A stretch of 64,000 bases of DNA from Eledone cirrhosa. Taxonomy: Eukaryota. Of the stretch, positions 13,592 through 25,209 are shown in pieces. The translations under genes were made by a program, and so were the position numbers. The DNA lies in contig OZ024741.1 in NCBI GenBank assembly GCA_964016885.1, positions 382,912,001 through 382,976,000 of the forward strand. Reading direction: 5' to 3'. Numbering within the stretch: the first letter of the stretch is position 1; each line of letters opens with the position of its first letter. The notes under the pieces were generated by a model, which saw nothing but the letters and a program-made list of their open reading frames with translations, made no database searches and had not been told where the DNA came from.

Positions 13592-14040
13592 TAGGATTTT
13601 TTGCCATAAAAATCCTAATTAACAAAACATACCCATTATGGGTATACTTCAAAACTAGGAACGTAGTATATAGCATAAGATACACTGAGGGTTAGTGTAG
13701 GTATAATAATATAACATACATAGGTGAAACAGCCCGTAGCATAGGAGAAGGAGAAGTGAACGCTGCTGAGAACTACAGGATGGGAAAAACTCCTCACTAC
13801 CCCACCAACATGCAAAAATAGAACATAGGGGTACATTAGAGAACATAGAGATAAAAATTATATCAACACACAGAAAAGATTCAATGATCAGGCAAATCAC
13901 AGAGGCGACAAATATAAACGAACTCCAACCAATAGTAAGCAGAAAAAAAATGTGTGGAGTGCTAACATGAGCCTCCCAAAATATATGTTTCAACACACGT
14001 TTTCAGATAAGAAATCTCGCAAAACAAATTCAAAAACGAA
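13592..14040 (+). mobile_element. PLE pLTR-like unit related to the family D terminus
   Basis: Ends ACATGAGCCTCCCAAA..GTTTCAACACACGTTTTCAGATAAG..CAAATTCAAAAACGAA, as at 2133-2219; microsatellite-flanked; possible decayed HHR at about 13685-13745. Confidence 0.55.
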
Positions 14041-14057
14041 TTTCTCTCTCTCTCTCT

Positions 14058-14101
<44 letters not shown>

Positions 14102-14159
14102 AGTAATTCCGTCTGAAAAGTCCAGGAAAAAAGAGTGCTCTATGTAGGTAACAGAGCTT

Positions 14160-14405
14160 AATAGTTATGTAATAAACAACATAAGATAATTATTCCATTT
14201 ACCAGTGGTTTCTTAAAAGCAAAAAAGTTGCTTTCAATCATCAGAATGAAAAACTCCTGGTCAATTTATTGATATTGGATTCTAAAAACAAAAATGCAAT
14301 CTATATGAAAGTGAGGCTGGAGAAGGAAGAAGGAAAGGAAAAATAAGATAAAAACACGCATGCAAACACACACACACACACACACACATACACACTTATA
14401 TACAT

Positions 14406-14446
<41 letters not shown>

Positions 14447-15041
14447 CACTCATACATACACACACACACACACATATATATGTGTATATATATATATACA
14501 CACATACACATACATATACACATACATACTCACACAAGTATCAACATATCCATACATACACATACATATATACAACCACACAGACATATATACACACACA
14601 TATATATATAAATATAAATATATATGCATACACATACACATACATAGCCATACACACATACATATACATACATACACACAATCATACCTATATACACACG
14701 TACACATACATAAATGCATACATATGCATGCACAAAATTAGAAAAATCTACACACACCTCTACATATTCACACACGCAAATAAATATCGAAAAAATATAT
14801 ATAAAATAATAAAAGAAAATAAAGACTGTTATAAAGTTGACAGCGATACAGGCAACAAATAAATGAACAAACACACGTGGTAAACAATACACACAAATGC
14901 ACGTACACATACATTCGTAAAAATAAATACATGCACACACTCTCACACATAAATATAAAATACATAAACACATACATACGCATACACAAATACATACACA
15001 AACACACACACACATATACATATATACACACACATATACAT

Positions 15042-15110
<69 letters not shown>

Positions 15111-15188
15111 CACACACATACATACATAGCTATACAATTATACACATACAAATACGTACATATCACAAACACGCAAAACCAAATAGAA

Positions 15189-15190
<2 letters not shown>
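14160..15190 (-). mobile_element. PLE pLTR/3'UTR copy, family B (microsatellite-rich)
   Basis: Inverted homologue of 17177-17840; terminus TAGTTATGTAATAAACAACATAAG also at 15329 and 56541. Confidence 0.8.
14194..14250 (-). ncRNA. Type I hammerhead ribozyme (family B)
   Basis: ttcatt CTGATGA ttgaaagcaa..ttgcttttaa GAAAC cactg GTA aatgga. Confidence 0.85.
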
Positions 15191-15263
<73 letters not shown>

Positions 15264-15358
15264 AAACTCAATCCTAGATAATTCATATGAACCTTATTTA
15301 ACTCTAAAATATACATATATATATATATAGTTATGTAATAAACAACATAAGACAATTA

Positions 15359-15417
15359 TTCCATTTACCAGTGGTTTCTTAAAAGCAATAAAGATTGCCT
15401 TCAATCGTCAGAATGAA
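15359..15417 (-). ncRNA. Type I hammerhead ribozyme (family B)
   Basis: ttcatt CTGACGA ttgaaggcaat..attgcttttaa GAAAC cactg GTA aatgg. Confidence 0.85.
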
Positions 15418-15658
15418 AGAATCCTGGTCTATCTATATATATATACACACATATATATATATACACATACACATACATACACATACATTTTGGTATGTGA
15501 AGGGTAAGGCAAAAAAATAGGGGGGAAAAGGAGGGGGGAAATGACATAGGAAAAGGTTAAATATAAGGGGAGATAAGGGAGAAAGAGAATACAAGAGTAC
15601 AGAACGTGTATTCAGCAGCTAAAAAAACCGTAATAGAAGTAAAGAGCAGGAGAGGAGT

Positions 15659-17176
15659 TCAAGGCGGTTGAGTTATCATAGGAATGTCAATCCAGTTACA
15701 GATCAGATGTGATTTCAGATGAGGACAACATCTGAAGATATCGGTCTTTGAATTCAGGCAATCAGAAGTGGCTCTCAAGTTTAACAAATTCCTATATTTT
15801 TCTGTGGTACACAAAGAACAATACGTTGTGCCCCTTTGGTACTCCCTCGAATGGTCTAAAATAGACCAATCGATAAAGTACGGGATGTTATTATCTTTGA
15901 ATTCCCACACCTTACTTGCGAGGGCCGTTGTTGTTCGTTTATCAGAGTGCTTAACAGAAGCGACATGTGAGTAAAACCTGGTTTTAAACCTGTCCTGGAT
16001 CATGCCGACATATCGCTCACTCCTGGCTCGCTGGTTGTTGATTAATGGTGTTATTTTAGCCTCATAAACAACAGATTTGGTGTTACATTTGCCCTGCAAT
16101 GGGCATTCATCCGGCTTCCTGCAACTGCATCCTGGATTTGTTCTCGTATGATTTGAACTAGTGATCTTGGACTTCATAGATGTGCAACAACAGTAACTGA
16201 TCTTAACTATGTTCCTATTAAATATCTTATAATATCTATGATTAGGAGGAAAATGTTTATCTAAGAGTTCAAGAAATGTCCTTCCTACATTAGTTTTGAC
16301 AGTTAGAGAGAAGGGGGTGTGAACCAAATAATTTTCCTTTTCCTGTTATTGTGGTTAGTTTTAGCTGTGTGTGTATGCGGGGGGGGGGGTACGCAAATAA
16401 CATTTTTTTTCTGTAAAACCGCTGTTCTTAAGGGCTTTATTATAATAAGGGGCAGCTTTACTAAAAATGTCTATAGACGAAGATAAGGCAGAAATCCTAC
16501 GGCTAATGTTGGGAATAAGATTATAAAAAACTATAGGGGGATGGCAATACTCTTTGTGTATATAAATAAGATTTTCATTAGGTTTATGATAAGGTTTAAA
16601 AGAGGCGGTAAGTAGATCAAGATTAATATCAAGAAAGCTATCATTGGTAAGGTTCGTATCTATAGTGATTTTAAGGTTAAGATTAGCAAAAGTATTGATT
16701 AAATCATTACGGAATTTATCAAGGTTATGGCCGTTGGTGGTATGAGAAACTGCCAATCCGTCATCACGGTATAAACCGATATTATGGGAAGGAAATTTCT
16801 CTTTGAGGGTGTGGAGAAGGAATAATCCTACTAAGTCACACACATCCGCACTGTCATATGAACCCATTGCAACATCAAAAGAGTTTTCAGGGTTTGACTT
16901 TTGAACCCAAATATTTTCATTAGTAAAGAGTAAATTTTTTCTAGCATGAAATATAATGTCTTCTTCTAATTTAGAAATATTAATGAAGGGTCTTGCAAAA
17001 TCTAAGGCATTAATTAATAAGGAAACAGTAATAGAGGGGTAAAAATCAACAATATCAAATTGGGTAAATCTACAATTATGTTTACCTTGTATATTATTAA
17101 ACCAAGAAATAACAGAGGAAGTATTTAGCCACTGTGATAGGTCAGTGTTAGTTCTAATTTGGAGAATTATTTTTCT
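15659..17176 (-). pseudogene. PLE RT + GIY-YIG polyprotein (Naiad-like), frameshifted
   Basis: FDIVDFYPSI, FDVAMGSYDSADVCDLVG, GLYRDDGL, CSCRKPDECPLQGKC (CxCx5C), VVYEA..YVGM..FKTRFYSH, CSLCTTEK. Confidence 0.92.
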
Positions 17177-17511
17177 TAAGATTTGTTTGTATTTGGTTGT
17201 GCGTGTTTGTGATATGTACGTGTTTGTGATATGTGCGTATTTGTGATATGTACGTATTTGTATGTGTATAATTGTATGGCTATGTATGTCTGTGTATATA
17301 TATATATATATATGTGTGTGTATGTATATATGATTATATATATATATATGTGTGTGTGTGTATGTATATGTGTGTATATATGTGTGTGTGGTTGTATATA
17401 TACATGTGTATGTATGGATAAGTTGATACTTATGTGTGTATGTATGTATGTGTCTATGTATGTGTATGTGTGTATATATATACCCATATATATGTGTATA
17501 TGTATGAGTGC

Positions 17512-17557
<46 letters not shown>

Positions 17558-17591
17558 ATGTACATAATTGTGTGCGTGCGTGTGTGTGTGT

Positions 17592-17641
<50 letters not shown>

Positions 17642-17752
17642 ATGTGTGTTTTTATTTTATTTTTCCTTTCCTTCTTCCTTCTCCAGCATCACTTTCATAT
17701 AGATTGCATTTTTGTTTTTAGAATCCAATATCAATAAATTGACCAGGATATT

Positions 17753-17809
17753 TTCATTCTGATGACTGAAAGCAAATTTTTTGCTTTTCAGAAACCACTG
17801 GTAAATCGG
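17753..17809 (+). ncRNA. Type I hammerhead ribozyme (family B, inverted pLTR)
   Basis: ttcatt CTGATGA ctgaaagcaa..ttgcttttca GAAAC cactg GTA aat. Confidence 0.8.
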
Positions 17810-17926
17810 ATGATTGCCTTATGTTGTTTATTACATAACTATATATATATATATATAATTTTAACATATTTGTTCATTTGCTTTTGTAATAATTCTTTTT
17901 AAATTATAAAGAGAGTTTATGGACAC

Positions 17927-17957
<31 letters not shown>

Positions 17958-17960
<3 letters not shown>

Positions 17961-18297
17961 AAGAAAAGATGGTTAAAAGAGTTCCATGTATTTTATTATG
18001 CGCATTTCAAAAACAAATATCATCATGCAATAATATTTGTGTTTTCATCAGATAAAACAGGAAGACATGATATGAAGTTAAAAAACACTTGTGGATAGTG
18101 CAGTTTTAAATCAACATATTATTAAACCCTTCAATATACAAACCTTAACTTTTTGAAATGCGCATAATAAATTACATGAAACTCCTTTAACCATCTTTTG
18201 TTCTTATAATTTATATATACTCCAGTCCTACAAACTGTAGAGTGCTTCTTATCCGATATCTGCATTGCTTTATTGTACTACAATAAAACTCACCTCC

Positions 18298-18300
<3 letters not shown>
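17958..18300. mobile_element. pLTR-only mini-element, family A (inverted plus forward halves)
   Basis: 17958-18120 is the inverted pLTR; 18150-18300 is the forward 3' half with tail ..AAACTCACCTCCTAC; (TA)n flanks. Confidence 0.8.
17991..18057 (-). ncRNA. Type I hammerhead ribozyme (family A)
   Basis: ttttat CTGATGA aaacacaaatat..atatttgttttt GAAAT gcgc ATA ataaaa. Confidence 0.85.
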
Positions 18301-18354
<54 letters not shown>

Positions 18355-18423
18355 TATGAAGAGAGAAGAAACATTTAGATATAATTAGTAATAAAATGTA
18401 TCATACCTAAACTGCTCCTAGAT

Positions 18424-18513
18424 TCCTCGACTACGTAGTTTCGTGGCATAAACAAAAACAATACATCATAAAGATATAGAGTCCTTGCGAGGTCTGCCGA
18501 CTTATCAAGAGGA
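18424..18513 (-). ncRNA. Hammerhead ribozyme, U3-A8 core (family F, antisense copy)
   Basis: Reverse complement of 19216-19305. Confidence 0.8.
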
Positions 18514-18622
18514 TACCTCATTTTACTAGCCTCAAGAACGCGTCTACACGACGTGAGAAAGAATCCCAAAAGGCGGAGGAGGAGATAGTCACGCGATATA
18601 ACGGTCGAGAAACAGAGCTAAA

Positions 18623-18712
18623 TCCTCTTGATAAGTCGGCAGACCTCGCAAGGACTCTATATCTTTATGATGTATTGTTTTTGTTTATGCCACGAAACTA
18701 CGTAGTCGAGGA
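18623..18712 (+). ncRNA. Hammerhead ribozyme, U3-A8 core (family F)
   Basis: tcctc TTGATAA gtcggca..tgccac GAAAC tacgta GTC gagga; predicted cut after 18707. Confidence 0.8.
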
Positions 18713-19215
18713 ATCTAGGAGCAGTTTAGGTATGATACATTTTATTACTAATTATATCTAAATGTTTCTTCTCTCTTCATAATGTATTTTTAACTCTGAT
18801 ACTGGTTCAGTCTGGTTCAACCGGATTGGTCTGTCCCAGTCATTCATTGAGCAAGATCGGTGAGGTTGGCACCCTTAACTCACGGTTGGGTGTGGATGCA
18901 TTCATGTATATGTGTGTGTCCGCATGTATCTGTGTGTTTCTAAATATATTGTTAATAACTCCCTCTGGTCGAGCAATCTTTGAAGTGTGGTGACTGCTGG
19001 AAAGCAGCCATTACTCATACTTCTCGCCCCCTTCACCACCTCTTCTACGGCTTCGATATGAATACCCCCTCCACCTCCGTGGTATTTTCTTCGGGATTAT
19101 AAGAGGCTTAGCTCTGTTTCTCGACCGTTATATCGCGTGACTATCTCCCCCTCCGCCTTTTGGGATTCTTTCTCACGTCGTGTAGACGCGTTCTTGAGGC
19201 TAGTAAAATGAGGTA

Positions 19216-19305
19216 TCCTCTTGATAAGTCGGCAGACCTCGCAAGGACTCTATATCTTTATGATGTATTGTTTTTGTTTATGCCACGAAACTACGTAGTC
19301 GAGGA
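19216..19305 (+). ncRNA. Hammerhead ribozyme, U3-A8 core (family F)
   Basis: Same sequence as 18623-18712; predicted cut after 19300. Confidence 0.8.
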
Positions 19306-19536
19306 ATCTAGGAGCAGTTTAGGTATGATACATTTTATTACTAATTATATCTAAATGTTTCTTCTCTCTTCATAATGTATTTTTAACTCTGATACTGGTT
19401 CAGTCTGGTTCAACCGGATTGGTCTGTCCCAGTCATTCATTGAGCAACATCGGTGAGGTTGGCACCCTTAACTCACGGTTGGGTGTGGATGCATTCATGT
19501 ATATGTGTGTGTCCGCATGTATCTGTGTGTTTCCAA

Positions 19537-19631
<95 letters not shown>

Positions 19632-19730
19632 TGGGTGTCTTTATATTTGTTCATTTGCTTTTGTAATAATTCTTTTTAAATTATAAAGAGAGTTTATGGA
19701 CAGCCACTATATATATATATATATATATAT

Positions 19731-20489
19731 ACTGGGTGTCCATAAACTCTCTTTATAATTTAAAAAGAATTATTACAAAAGCAAATGAACAAATATGTGA
19801 AAATTGTTACAAAATAAGTAATAATACACCTCTATATAGGCACCATTAGTGCACGAAGCACATCAAGACGGTACTCAATTTCTTGTTATGTTCGCTGTAA
19901 CATAGCCTCATCAATGGTGGCAATGGCAACAGTGATATTTTGCTTTAGATCAGTGATATCCTGTATCTTTTGTCGATACACGATATCTTTAACATAACAT
20001 CATAGAAAGAAGTCCAGGGGAGTGATATCTGGTGAACTAGGTGACCAGGGAATTGGGACATTCCTTCCAATCCACCAGTCTGGAAATGTTTGATTTAGGA
20101 ACCCCCGAATATGCAACTTCAATGTGATGGTGCACCATTTAGTTGTGGTGCCATATATTCAGTCAAACGTTCAAGGTAAACATTTGCAGTTATTTGAGAT
20201 CTCGTTGAAGAAACATGGACCAATAATAAATTTCTTGGGCCATGCGCGAATTGACGAATTTACTTAGTTCTGTAGTTTCGCTGAAACCGCGTATCCGATT
20301 TTGTTTCAATAAACAATGACAAACATTGTGCCTTTTCTTCGGGTTCATTTAACAGTACTTCTTTCATCAACAGGATACCCTAAGTAGACAAATGCAATAC
20401 GATTAAAAACTTTGATAACTACTGAGTACATAGAATAAATCTGATTAAGATATTTCATCAATTGTAAATGGACTTTATGGACATCCTCT
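19731..20489 (-). mobile_element. Tc1/mariner DNA transposon, internally deleted
   Basis: Imperfect TIRs CTGGGTGTCCATAAA / TTTATGGACATCCTCTG; minus strand reads WIGRNVPIPWSPSSPDITPLDFFL*CYVKDIVY..IEYRLDVLRA. Confidence 0.85.
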
Positions 20490-20515
20490 GAATATATATA
20501 TATATATATATATTT

Positions 20516-20736
20516 CAGGAACGATCGACTTTCGTCAAATCGGAACGGGGAAACAATGTTTCCGTTGGTCTTTCCAATTGCTAATACTATCTATCGGTCG
20601 AAACTCCAGGTAGAAGGAGCAACGTGAAATAAAGTGTCTTGCTCAAGGACATAAGTCATCGCCTGGTTCAGGAATCGAACTCACAACCTCACTATTGCGA
20701 ATCCAATTCTCTAACCACTCAGCCACACGCCTTCAG
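20516..20736 (-). mobile_element. SINE family 2 (tRNA head plus V/Meta-like core)
   Basis: A-box TGGCTGAGTGG, B-box GAGTTCGATTCC, core TGTCCTTGAGCAAGACACTT. Confidence 0.85.
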
Positions 20737-20769
20737 TGATATATATATATTTATATATACATATATATT

Positions 20770-21040
20770 AGTAGAACACGGGTGTACGAGTTTGGTAGAA
20801 GTAGTTCCACGACAGATAATTCACCATTTCCCTGAACAATTGTTTCACATTTGTCGGATCTTCAACTCTGTTTAAATGAGATTATACGGGCAAGGAAAAT
20901 CAATTGTACGAATATGCATGCGCAGAAGAAGTCGCTTCCCAAAGGGATTCAACTCACGTTAGATAGTGATCCACGGATCGATCCTACGTAGTTGCCTCCC
21001 CTTTTGGAAATGACTTCTTCTGCACATGCGTATTCGTATA
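20770..21040 (-). mobile_element. PLE pLTR unit, family E, with degenerate HHR (20830-20870) and terminal fold-back
   Basis: Homologous to 33268-33462; inverted repeat 20907-20946 / 20998-21038. Confidence 0.65.
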
Positions 21041-21114
21041 ATTGTTATATATATATATATGTGTGTGTGTGTGTATACATTAAAACATATCTGCTACAAA
21101 ATGATATTGAGGCA

Positions 21115-21270
21115 TATGGCCTTGTGCCAAAAGTAGAAACGATTATTATTGTACAAGTCCCGTCGAGGTTAACTTTGCCTCTCATCCTTACGCGGTCGAT
21201 AAAATAAAGTACCAGTAATGTACTTGTTAATTGCTGGCCTTGTGCCAAAATTAGAAACAATTATTATTGT
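21115..21270 (+). mobile_element. SINE family 1 partial tandem
   Basis: 3' tail copy followed by core and tail. Confidence 0.75.
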
Positions 21271-21491
21271 AAATTTAAACTCCCACGTACGTGACTTTCA
21301 ATGCCTAATTCTGCTTCTCTCTTTCTCAACTTCCCTCACTCCCGGTCTCTCGCCTTCCCTATCCTCCTCTTTCCATTTCTCTTTCTCTTTACCCCTCTAT
21401 TCTCTCTCTCTCTCCCTTTCTCTCACTCTCTCACTCTCTGTATATACACTTACACAAATGCTGACATGCATACATAAGCACATTATTATAA

Positions 21492-21682
21492 TCGGTGGAG
21501 TGGCAGTATCGGTAGGGTCGGACGCCATGCTTTGCAGCAAAGAGTTACTTCCCTTTATGGTCTGAGTTCAAATCCCGTCGAGGTTAACTTTGCCTTTCAT
21601 CCTTACGGGGTCGATAAAATAAAGTACCAGTAATGTACTGGGTTATTGCTGGCCTTGTGCCAAACAGTAGAAACAATTATTA
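21492..21682 (+). mobile_element. SINE family 1, full length
   Basis: GGTGGAGTGGCAGTATCGG..GAGTTCAAATCC..core..AGAAACAATTATTAT. Confidence 0.9.
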
Positions 21683-22184
21683 TAATCAACTGAATTATTT
21701 GAGTAAGAAAGGAATGGAAGCCGTTCTTTGAAGCAGGCCACTTTTGTTGGAATTCATATAACAATGCAACTGAACACTGAACAGTCATCTGGAGAACATG
21801 GGAGACGTTTAATATATTTCCACTACTTTTTACTAAAGCACAGAGTTTGTGAAAATCGGTCAGTTGTCTGGTATTTTTTTCTTTGTTCGGGACAGCGTGA
21901 AATACAACAGAGTAATGTAGGTAGACAGATGTGTATGTAATTATGTCTGCGTGTATATCGCTGTAAATTATGTATTGGTAAATAGAGATAGATAAGTAGT
22001 TAAACGGAAAAAGGAATGTAGGTGTGTATAGTAGGTATATATATAAGTACAAATATTTTTGCAGGCAAGAATGTGTGTACGCATGTATGTATGTATGTAT
22101 ATACATACACGCACATACACTCACACACACATACACATACACACACATATATATACATATATATATATATATACATATATATAC

Positions 22185-22216
<32 letters not shown>

Positions 22217-22221
22217 GTATG

Positions 22222-22252
<31 letters not shown>

Positions 22253-22364
22253 GCGTGTGTGTGTGTGTTTGCGTGAATATATGCATGTGTATATATATAT
22301 ATATGTGTGCGTGCGCGTGTATGTATGTGTGAGTGTGTGTGTGTATACATGTATGCATGTGTAT

Positions 22365-22625
22365 GTATATGCGCGGGGACATAGGAATAATCGGGCTGGA
22401 TACGAGATCGCGTAGTTAATCAACTGGGAGTGAAGGACCCCTAGCCCTTCTCAAGGCATTCTTCTAGGAGAAGGCAACTCGGGAAACTGGGATAACTCCG
22501 CTATAAAACCTGCGGCTCAGTAGTTACCGATGATGTTGATCTTTTCTTCTTTTCGGGTTATAGCTACTGTCGCTCAGAGAGTGGAATTGGCTCAGTGCAG
22601 AGTCTTTCTTCACTTTAAACAAATC
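22365..22625 (+). mobile_element. Possible RTE-type LINE 5' UTR fragment
   Basis: GC-richer island with TCTAGGAGAAGGCAACTC, resembling RTE 5' UTR motifs. Confidence 0.3.
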
Positions 22626-22722
22626 TTCATACACAGGCATTGCATGATAGCATTAATTGATAATTATTAATAATGATATATCCTGCAATGGCCATACTCG
22701 ATGACGAGGGGAAGCCATCATG

Positions 22723-22753
<31 letters not shown>

Positions 22754-22899
22754 GAATGTATGTATATATATAAATTTATGTAATTAAGTAGGCATGTATG
22801 TATGTAGTCTCTCATAATTACTATTTTATCTTTCATCCTACATATTCCCGCTGGTGGCTTTATATTGTTTCTTGTGTAAGCGTTCATCCTTTGAATCGT

Positions 22900-24570
22900 A
22901 AGAATGTTTTACAAATTTTGAAGGTCCAGATATCGCAGACATTTATATACTATGGATTGAGGAACGACGTTATTTTTCCACAAATCCGAGTTGAGTCAAA
23001 CTTTGGTCTGCGTGTATCTCCAATAATGACGTGTAGGCAGCTGATTATATATCCTGTTTACTAGATCTGCAAGATCCTCATCAATGTTCCGTAGATATCG
23101 TCCTTCTCTTGCATTTTGTTTGCCACATTGTCCCCCGTGGACAGACGCCTTCTATAAGTGTATGCTTTAATGCGTGGTCACCAACAACAATTTCAGGCCG
23201 TTTGTGGTTTACTTTTCTGGTAATGTTTATTCTTAGGTTTCAGTTTCAGCATATTCCTCCTTTTTTATTTGACTTTTGCCTTTCGTTATGCATTCTTAGT
23301 CGTCCTAACTATCACATCATTTCTCATAGGAAGGCGTTAACACATAATTTCACGTTTGGCAATAATGTGTTTATCACCATCAATCTTTGTTTTTCCAAAG
23401 CCTACATTTATTGTCAACTGATGACTTTTGAGCAGTAGGTATTGGTTGGGTTATCTTGTTCTTGGATTACATGGAGGTATCATTCAAGGTGCGATGTTAT
23501 GAACTTGTCGGAACTCGATATAAGGCATTTTTATGGGTTATCCCCTCTTTGGTTTATCATATTCGCTTCAAGTAACCATGTACAACCGTTTCAGTGTATT
23601 TTTTTTAATTTTGTTCGAGCATTGAGTATATTCTTCCAATGCGCCTGGGAGAGAGACATTTGCATCAGATTCTATTCCATGTCTCTCTTCTAGATCAGTG
23701 GATATCCTAATAATAGTATTATTTTCAGACTCATAAACCTGGGTAAGGGGACTGCTGACCCTTTTCTTCTGGTGATAATAGTGATTCATTGTTATTATCC
23801 GAATTTCGTATGATGTTAATATGTATGTTTGGTCCCGAGCACACTTTGATTGAGAAATAGAGCCTATCCATGTTACAATTGAGGTTTAACGTTCCTTTAA
23901 CACTTGCGAGTAGGATGAGTATAGCAAGAGTAGTATGTAAAATGTGCTTATCGTACCTTGAGACGACAAATGACAATATTCTCTTCACTCTTCTGAAGTA
24001 GTCATTCCTGGATCTCCCCTTATTTATGGATCCATTAAGTCTAATATTGTTACCGTGTCAAAGGTACATATAATTGTCAGCTGACTGTAGAGGTTGTATC
24101 GTCAAGCCGTTAATCGTTAGGTGTTCAGAGCAGGCCACAACCTTTCCACATTTTATTGTTAGACATGTACACCTGGACTCACCAAATTTCGTTCCATTGT
24201 CTTTAGAAAATGGTGTAAATACTTCTTGATCAATTTCTATGGGCACTATAATTTGTTAGGTATGATAGTCGGTTTAAGGAGGGACGAAGATCTACACTGG
24301 CAAGCTACCACTTTGAAAGATAGCTTTTCATTGTAAATGCTATCAGATTTAATTCCCTCCTTATCATCCCTAAGTTGCAGAATGGTGTACCACGTCTTAG
24401 TTTTGTGTGTAATTGCATCTACTACATATTGTGGAACTTTGGCTAACTGTAACTCCCGGATCATCCAACCTTCTGGTATACATTCAAAAGTCATCTGGTA
24501 TTCCAGCCACATTACAGTGAAACGGGCGCGATACTTTAGTGTTTTCTTCTCAACTCTGTTCACTGATATT
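22900..24570 (-). pseudogene. Decayed R4/Dong-like (REL-type) non-LTR retrotransposon RT
   Basis: WLEYQMTFECIPEGWM, TWYTILQL, KFGESRCTCLTIKCGK, DNYMYL, KRLYM fragments across many frameshifts. Confidence 0.65.
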
Positions 24571-24774
24571 TGTATTTACATTTCAAAATATACGTAGATC
24601 GACGAAGATTTTCAGAATTAAATTTAAAGTTGTTCACGGATTGGTAAATCTCTCGTTTTAGGTTGTTTTTAATCCTAGAATTATATGTTCCTCACACTGG
24701 TGGTTTTAAATCACCTATGATTGAACACATATCTCTATGTGTACTTTTCTCAATATGCTGATTTATATATACTG

Positions 24775-24875
<101 letters not shown>

Positions 24876-24976
24876 TTTTCTAATGTATTTAGAAACTTTG
24901 TCAAATGTGGTTTCATCACGGTCTCCTTTGGATATTATATATATATATAGTGTATATATATATATATATATATATA

Positions 24977-25050
<74 letters not shown>

Positions 25051-25157
25051 ATAATAATAAATTTGAAGACTAAAATCCAAAGAGGGCTCGATAAGGATAA
25101 ATATATATCAAATATATAAGATCCGTAGAGCAAATATTTATTAAAATAACAGATTAA

Positions 25158-25208
25158 AGTTTAGGCAAAGAATCGCTGCCTTCACCCTAAACGGGATCTT
25201 CTGAAACT
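25158..25208 (-). ncRNA. Hammerhead-fold motif with atypical core
   Basis: agttt CAGAAGA t CCC gttta GGG t GAAG GCAG cgattct TTGC C T aaact: all three stems pair, but the core has A4 and G15.1-C16.1. Confidence 0.5.
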
Positions 25209-25209
25209 A

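Larger units (their letters stand above)
15329..17840 (-). mobile_element. Naiad-like Penelope element, 5'-truncated, with inverted 5' pLTR (family B)
   Basis: 3' pLTR 15329-15430, RT plus GIY-YIG 15659-17176, inverted pLTR 17177-17840, (TA)n flanks. Confidence 0.9.
18352..19522 (+). mobile_element. Non-autonomous PLE-derived / retrozyme-like element, family F
   Basis: Inverted copy 18352-18621, direct repeats 18622-18950 and 19215-19543, about 160 bp unique spacer, near-identical repeats, three HHRs, (TA)n flanks, no RT/EN coding. Confidence 0.8.

Noticed and set aside
18375-19354. Identical 64-aa ORFs on opposite strands
   Set aside because: By-product of the inverted repeat; non-ATG start; overlaps the ribozyme.
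20660-20736. tRNA gene
   Set aside because: A/B boxes run straight into a SINE core; no complete cloverleaf.
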